Shown here in pieces: positions 58,481-64,000 of a stretch of 64,000 bases of DNA. The notes under the pieces were generated by a model. The model saw nothing but the letters and a program-made list of their open reading frames with translations, searched no databases and was not told where the DNA came from. Positions within the stretch are counted from its first letter, which is position 1; each line of letters opens with the position of its first letter. The translations under genes were made by a program, and so were the position numbers. The stretch lies in NCBI RefSeq assembly GCF_009914755.1, contig NC_060936.1; one strand, 5' to 3'. The DNA is from the human T2T-CHM13v2.0 reference genome, Homo sapiens.

Positions 58481-59973
58481 AACTCCAGCTGAAGCCTCTC
58501 CACATATAAAGATGAAGCGAGGGAAACGAAGACTCCCTTCTAACACTCGCCTTCATTTAATAGTACACCTAGATTAAAATAGCAGTTTTCTGTGTGTCTT
58601 TATTTTCTTTCTTTTTCCCCTAGATTGTAGCTCGTAGGTAAGGAGCATCTCTTGTTCACTCCTGCACAGCACCCACTAGATGCCAGGCATGTAATGTGCA
58701 TTTAATAAATAGCTGTTTAATTGAATTGAGCCTTATACATTTCCTTGCTACAAAAGATTCTCCTTCTTTTCAGACTAGTACTATCTCCTTTAAAACTATC
58801 TTCTAGGACACTTCTTTGTCAAACAGCCTTTCTCCCCATTCTTCTAGCATCTAGAACTGTACCCAGCTCCTGCTTCTAATTTTGCCTTTGTTTGGCTCTG
58901 CCTGAGTCCTGGTCACTATCCTGTCTATTCCATTGTACTGGAATCTTATTCAGGGCAAGCACTAGGTTCTCTCCTTCCTTTAGACCTCCTCCCCCAACAG
59001 TGAGAGCAGTGTTGTTCATTCAAAGAGCAACAAGGGATCCCACAACCTGGGGCAGGAGAATGCTTGTAACAACCTCCCTTGGTCCCTCTCCATCTATTCC
59101 CAAGGAATTTGGGGAGGAGCAGGAAGTGGTGAAGTTGATAGAAGGCCCAACCCACTCTACCTGGCTCCATGGAATCCCTGAAGACTAGACTGGCTCCAGC
59201 GTGGGCACAACAGGCATCTTTCCTGAAGCAGTCAGAGATTTATGCTTTGGTATGGAAGAAGGGTCAGTGTTTTCCTTCTGTATTTATACACAGGGCCCGT
59301 CCTGGAAAGGAGGACTGGAAAGCTACTCTCTTACTTGTGGGATTTCTGAAATAGTCCCTACAGAGAGTAGGTGACACCAGGGCAATCTTCTAGAGGCAGG
59401 GGTTCCCCATATCCTTGCCAACTCATTTAGGTGTGTTTTTTTTTTTTTTTTTTTGAGCTGGGTGCAAAAACTTTGTGAGAGTATCTAAGATTCTTTGTGG
59501 TAAGAATTCACACCCAAAATGGTGAAAAAGACTGGGGCTAAAATAAAATAAAAGAGAATAGTAAGGAGACAGGGACTGAAACCTCATTACTTTGGAAAGG
59601 GAAGGTATGAGTAGAAACTGAGAAAGAGATATTTATGAAGAGATGCTTCCTGAAAAAGGATGTCTATGGAGAAATTTTGGAAATAAAAGAGGGATAGGCA
59701 GATTTGAAAAGAAATGTGACAGTAATCCTAGGCTACATGGATCTTTGGAGTCATGAATGAGACTCTTGTGAAGGTTGCACTTTTTTCACATTTGAATTGA
59801 AATTTATAAACCAGGTTTGTATTGTGTATTATGCCATGGAGGGAGGTTTCTGAATCAGGAAGGCCTGAGATACGGTTCTCATTACTATCTGGAGGATAAG
59901 TAGACAGATGGAATTGGATAGCTGGACGCTTCCTGGGAGATACTTGTAGAAATTGCTATAGTCATTGAGATCC

Positions 59974-60143
59974 CTGCTTTTCGAAGTATGGTCCATGGGC
60001 CAAGTATCATGGGCATCACTTGGGATCTTGTTAGAAATACAGAATCTTAGGCCCTAACCCAGACCTAATGAATTGGAATCTGCATTTTTAACACGCTCCC
60101 TGAGTGATCTGCATGTTCTTGAAAGTTTGAGAAGCACAGGTCT
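59974..60143 (+). mobile_element. MER5A
   Basis: ttgttagaaatacagaatct...gaatctgcattttaac...aagtttgagaagcac. Confidence 0.85.
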
Positions 60144-61264
60144 AGATGATTGGTGAGAGGCATCTGGCATAGAGTGGGCACTATGGAAGGGAATAGATAG
60201 GGGCTGAGGAACTTTGGAATTGGGAGCACTAGGGTAGAGGCTCAGGCTGGAGAAACTGAATCTGCGGAGGGGGGAAGAGTGTGGGCCCTGGCTCACCTCC
60301 CTGTCTCCAGGCCTCCCACACCAGTCGCCATGCCAGGCTTTGGCACTCGGCCCACTCTGGGAAAATGCCTGCTGTGCCCATGCTGGAGTCTGCCTGGTGC
60401 TCAGGGGCTCCCCTTGGGCAAGCGTTGCGTGGGTTAGGACTGCTGCCAATTTTGCTTCCCCTACTTCGTATGGATGGACGGACTGAAAGGGACTGGGAGG
60501 TCAGATCAGTCATGCCCCTGCCTGAGTGTTGTACTGTCCCTTAATCAAATGAGTGACAATTTGATGATACTAATGATACTAATTGAGGAGACTAGGGGGG
60601 TGGAGGGATTGAAGTAGCAGTTCTTAACTACCTGTAATGGAAATTAGGATATTTTGTTTTCTTCCAAAGGCGTAAAGGAGAGACCAGATGAATGGGTAAA
60701 GGGTTATACCCTTGGAGGGGCCAAATTAATGCTTTTTAAAGGATCTTGTGATGATATTTAATGGGCTAATGACGAAATATACAAGACATAGAGTTCCAGA
60801 GACCTGAAGTCATCGTCAATGCAAAAAAGTTATCAAGTGCCATTTCAGAACTTTTCTTAAGCTTTTGAAGGGTTTGTGTACTTTACCTCCAATAAGAATA
60901 AATAACAAGGAAAGATCAGTATTGAAGCGGCATGGATTGAAATTGAACATAAAACATTTTCTGGAGTTAAAGGGAGGATTGAAGGGGATGGCCAGGTTTT
61001 TCTGGCCATGCATGTGGGTGCCTCAGTTTGGTTTGGAATGCCTAGGAGGGCTCCTGCTCTGAAACAGGGAAATGCACAAAATAAACTCTCAAAATCTTTT
61101 CTATCCCAAGGATTCTCCATTCAGCTCCATAAATGAAAGGCTACGTGGATGTGTGGTGAATTTAAGATGATGGGCATGGGGATGAGGAATGATAGAAGAA
61201 AACAATAATTTCATCAGAGCTTTAAAACCCTTGCTAAAAATTTCAAAATAGGGCTAAGATTTAG

Positions 61265-62134
<870 letters not shown>

Positions 62135-62144
62135 TAATACAATG

Positions 62145-62380
62145 ATGGTGATAATAGCTACCATTTGTTGAGTACTGTGCCCTATACATTGTTCTAAGTG
62201 CTTTGCATGATTATCTAAGGTAATACAACAGTTCTATGAAGTAAGTATTGTTATCCCCATTTTACAGAAGTTGAAACTAAGGCTCAGAGAGGTTAAGTAA
62301 TTTGTGCAAGGTAAGTAGTAAAGCTAGCATTTGCATCAAGTTTGAGCAAAACTTGTGCTGCTAACCCCTGAGCTATATTC
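62145..62380 (-). mobile_element. MIR
   Basis: ttatccccattttacaga...aaactaaggctcagagaggttaagtaa. Confidence 0.8.
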
Positions 62381-64000
62381 TGCACAGAGTAGTGGCTCAG
62401 TAAGGGATAGATGATCATTGAAACTTAATGGTGTACTTAGAGGTAATCAAAAACAGTAGATAATCCAAACAGTGAATAATAAAGAAACAATTTCTATTTG
62501 CTTTTTGGAATATAGAAGAGACACACTTAGTGACACATGCAAGCTTATATTCAGACATTCTCTCATTCACCTTCACTGTGTCCCACCCTGCAGTCAGTAG
62601 CTTGGAAAGGGTGAGGGGCTAGGTATAAAATAACTCATTGAAAGTCATGTGTGTATACATGCTTTGTGGACACATGTTTGCATTGGGCTGGAAATAGGCA
62701 TTAAAGAGTAAGGTATGCTTATCTCCGTAGGTCCATCAACATATTTGTTAGACTTTTTGTGTATGTTGTGTATGTGTGTGTACAAATCCTGAATGAGTTA
62801 AACCAGCTATAGGGAACTGGCTGCCTTCCACCCCTGATCTTGGCTGATGTGTTTGTACCAAACCCTGATATTTATTTTTCATCACCTCTCAAGGGAACTT
62901 CAATGAGTTTTCTTTCTGGGAAGTTTATGGCTAAGATGCTGGGCTGCTTTGGGGCCCTTATAAATCTGCTATAATCAGAGGAGGTTTGCAGAGAAAGAGA
63001 AACAGCAGCCACAAGGCAATCCTCTCCTGTCCTTTACTTTCTAGCCTAACACACAGTCGCCCTTGTATGAGTACCACCCACATCTACCATCACTCTCCTA
63101 GAACCCCTTGATAGAAGGTGCTCAGATAATTCGTTTTATTTATTTCTTTGCTTCTAAGTGGGCCTCTATACTTTGTCAGAAAGAGGAGAATTAAAAAATG
63201 TACAAATACATCTACAGTTGAGATTATGAGAAACTGGTTATTTAAACAGTGGTTCTGTTTTATTAAAAAAAAACAAAAAGAATGAGAACAAACTTTTGCA
63301 GAAGCAAGGATGGTAAGAGGAGTTGAAAGCCCCTGCATGCTTTTGTAGAAAACTTTAAGAAAAGATTGTCTGTGATGCTCCTGGAAGCAAAAAGCTGGAT
63401 GATCTGAACATTATTAGGAGGCAAACACAACACAGGAATTCCCTTCCTCCATCTTTCAATGCTGGTAGTTGGGAGATTTTTTTATGAGGGATTTTTATGA
63501 CAAACTTTACTTTATATTTGACATTTAACAGCATCTCCTGTCCAGGGCATGAGGAAATATAGATATTTATTGACATATGGTGTCAGAAGATCGAGGAAAA
63601 TTGACTCTGGAGAAGGAAGGGGGAGGGGTTTCTCCCTTTCCCTAGGTATGCAAATTACCCAGCTTAATTTGTGTAGCATATGCTTTTCTGTGCTTTGTGC
63701 TTTTCTCAGTAATGAGATTAAGAAATCATTTCATTGTTAATAAAGAACTCAGTGGGGGAAGAGGGAAGATGAGAGACATATAGAAGGAAGCACAATGGGC
63801 ACCCTGTCCTGTTTGAACCTTATATGCATTCCTTAAATAACACTGGATACAATAGACGTGGGGACAAATGGAACCTGAACTGGGATCCAGGTCCTGGTTC
63901 TTGTCATCCTTTTTTAAAACCTCAAGCTTCTGCAGTTTTATCTTGAATTTCACTGTTCTTTGCATTTCTAATAATAAATAGCAGTTCCATATCAAATGAT

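Overview
Human (primate) non-coding genomic DNA. I find no credible protein-coding exon: the ORF track is almost entirely Alu, microsatellite or GC-rich read-through. The left end has a CpG-rich minus-strand promoter and non-coding first exon with two inverted ZNF143/THAP11-type motifs. From memory this matches CALCOCO1 exon 1 (12q13.13). If so, the window is the gene-poor interval toward the HOXC cluster, and ~24-31 kb should hold the lncRNA/enhancer CISTR (CISTR-ACT). That locus call is recall plus spacing, not a search result. The window has two compartments. The first is a GC-rich, nearly Alu-free domain (~8.7-34 kb) with a CpG island, a CTCF motif cluster, several homeodomain/FOX/SOX/RFX motif-dense blocks and many TG/CA tracts. 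The second is TE-dense flanks (about 24 Alus including a young AluYb8, plus L1M, L2, L3, MIR, MLT1 and MER5A). I did not find convincing evidence of a previously undescribed biological system. The best leads are regulatory or structural hypotheses, scored accordingly. Old-repeat boundaries are approximate.
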